DNA of 64,000 nucleotides, taken from NCBI GenBank assembly GCA_051313645.2, contig JBNRSN020000012.1, forward strand, positions 166,160,001 through 166,224,000. Direction: 5' to 3'. This stretch comes from Centroscyllium fabricii (taxonomy: Eukaryota). A model generated the notes under the pieces. The model saw nothing but the letters and a program-made list of their open reading frames with translations, was not told the origin of the DNA and did no database searches. Position 1 is the stretch's first letter, and every line of letters begins with the position of its first letter. Made by a program: the position numbers and the translations under genes. Shown here one piece after another: positions 62,048 to 64,000 of the stretch.

Positions 62048-63435
62048 ACACCCGAATATCCTACCTGTAACTAATGGTAATCCTTTAACTCACTGATACT
62101 CTGCCCTGAAACTGCAGCCAGAATTCCCCTGCACTGTACCTGCTCCTGTCTCTCGCACTCGGCACAGCCAGACAGCAGCTCCCTTCAATACAAAATTCCA
62201 GAAGTGCGGCAAGCAGGTGCAGCAGTGGAAAGCGAATAACTGGCTGCTGCACCATTTTAAAACATCAGCCCAGCGACCTTTGAATCTCTCCATCTAAATA
62301 AAATAACGTGCAACAAAGGGTTGGTCACCTCCGAACAAACTTTTCTCCCGCGTTGCGAACAGCAGTGCTGGGAACCCTATTTGTAAGTCTTTCCTTGGGC
62401 TTTTCAGGGAGGGCTTTAAGCATTGTCTGTTACCAACACTGACAGTAGCCTGCATTTTTTGCATGGGTATAGCTCAGTGAATTATTTTAAATCTAAACTG
62501 ATCTAGTTTATATTTTAACAGAACTCTGAACTGGAAAAGGATCAGGAATGTATCACTTTCCATCATGTTACAATTGTAATTGGTGGATTTAATTCTCTAG
62601 GAGTTCTAGGACTTTTGTTCCCACTTGTTACAAACTGACAGGTGTTTATGAGCTTGGTCCTGTGGGTCCCATCAATGATCCTTCTTGATTCGTGAAGAGA
62701 AGTTGTGATTTGGATTCTTTTAGGTGGGGCTAAGAGCAGGTTGTGTTATAATTCTTTCTCCTGTGATGGAGCACCCTGCTGCTGTTTAAGGTCCAGTCTA
62801 AGGTACTAGACCTGGCACTGAAGATTGAACCTCAAGCAGTTGAGGATCTTGGAGCAGGAGCTACTATGAACCATGTAACTGTTGTTACAAGATGTTGTCA
62901 GTGACATTGAGTTTTGTGTGGCTTGAAGTTGTCGCCTTTCTATAAAATGAAATCTGCACTGCTGTGTGTCTTAGGGAATCACTACATGCAGAGATCCACT
63001 TTCCAGGCATATAGGTGTTTTTAGTACAAACTGCACTGCTGGGAGAAGTTGAGGGAAAAAGTGTAGTAGTTTGTATGTTTGGATTTAGCCCGTTAGAACA
63101 TTTACCCTGGAGTAATCCTGTTTGCCTGTACTTTACACATAGTGATATCTGTGTAAACGGGCACCTACAAAAAACGATCACTTAATTAGGGACCCTAAAT
63201 TTTGTTAATGCTGAACAGCCTCATAAGATGGTTACTTGGCATTTTATCTGTACCTTGCACAGAAACACAACGAGAACGTGGAGTAGACAAATTAGCCCCT
63301 CTCTGCCACCTTTAAATTGACGCAGCAATATTCTAGGCATGGGAATGGAAAATTTGTACAATCTAAATTATAAAAACACACTTTGTGCAGTTTTAATGCC
63401 TGATAGAAGGTTTTGTCTACTGACAACTCTGGTAG

Positions 63436-63937
63436 AGAAACATAGAAGATAGGAGCAGGAGTAGGCCATTCGGCCCCTCGAGCCTGCTCTGCCATTCAAT
63501 GAGATCATGGCTGATCATCCAAATTCAGTACCCTGTCCCTACCTTTTCTCCATATCCCTTGATTTCTTTAGCCTTAAGAAATGTATCTAACTCCTTCTTG
63601 AATATATTTAATGAATTAGCCTCTACTGCCTTCTGAGGTTCACCACTCTGGGTGAAGAAATTCCTCATCTCTGTCTGAAATGGCTTACCCCTTATCCTTA
63701 GTCTGTGACCCCTGGTTCTGGACTCCCCGACCATCCGGAACATCCTTCCTGCATCTAGTCTGTCTAGTTCTGTTAGAAGTTTATAAATTTCAATGAGATC
63801 CCCTCTCATTCTTCTAAACACCAGCGAGTATAAGCACAATCGACCAAATCTCTCTTCATACATCATTCCTGCCATCCCAGGTATCAGCCTGGTGAATCTT
63901 TGCTGCACTCCCTCCATGGCAAGAACATCCTTCCTTA
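63436..63937 (-). mobile_element. CR1 LINE 3' end
   Basis: RKDVLAMEGVQQRFTRLIPG... plus a CTTCTATGTTTC tail. Confidence 0.88.
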
Positions 63938-64000
63938 AGGCCCTGTCACACCTAGACGTTTTAGCCACAGTATGCAAATTTGGCTAAAACGCTGGGTTAC
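63938..64000. mobile_element. Left end of a second copy of the 13268-15891 Harbinger family
   Basis: TTA then AGGCCCTGTCACACCTAGACGTTTTAGCC...TATGCAAATTTGG; cut off by window end. Confidence 0.85.

Noticed and set aside
61560-62051. 163-aa repetitive ORF and CRISPR-like periodicity
   Set aside because: Pure 26-bp tandem repeat with no unique spacers, in a eukaryotic intron; the ORF is a by-product

Overview
Repeat-rich vertebrate DNA, most likely from a shark or ray (HE1-like tRNA SINEs, CR1 LINEs, Deu-domain SINEs). It holds two head-to-head host genes: CEP19 (minus strand, complete CDS in two exons) and PIGX (plus strand, exons 1-4, continuing past the window). They share a CpG-rich promoter near 48.8-49.2 kb with an RFX X-box-like site. 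Bases 0.8-21.9 kb are a nest of transposons. Removing insertions by their target-site duplications (TSDs) restores the 3' end (env-like ORF, PPT, long LTR) of an endogenous retrovirus-like element. Into it inserted an HE1 SINE, a Gypsy element and a BEL/Pao element; the BEL carries a solo LTR and a second Gypsy, which carries a Harbinger encoding only a MADF protein. The strongest candidate for a new system is a ~300-bp 5S-rRNA-derived SINE with a non-5S 5' hairpin. Both copies are fused at the predicted Pol III +1 to a different RNA-derived cargo: an HE1 SINE in one, and an intronless, open WDR24 C-terminal ORF plus 3' UTR in the other. This points to template-switch capture of mRNA. All family assignments come from motif recognition, not database searches.
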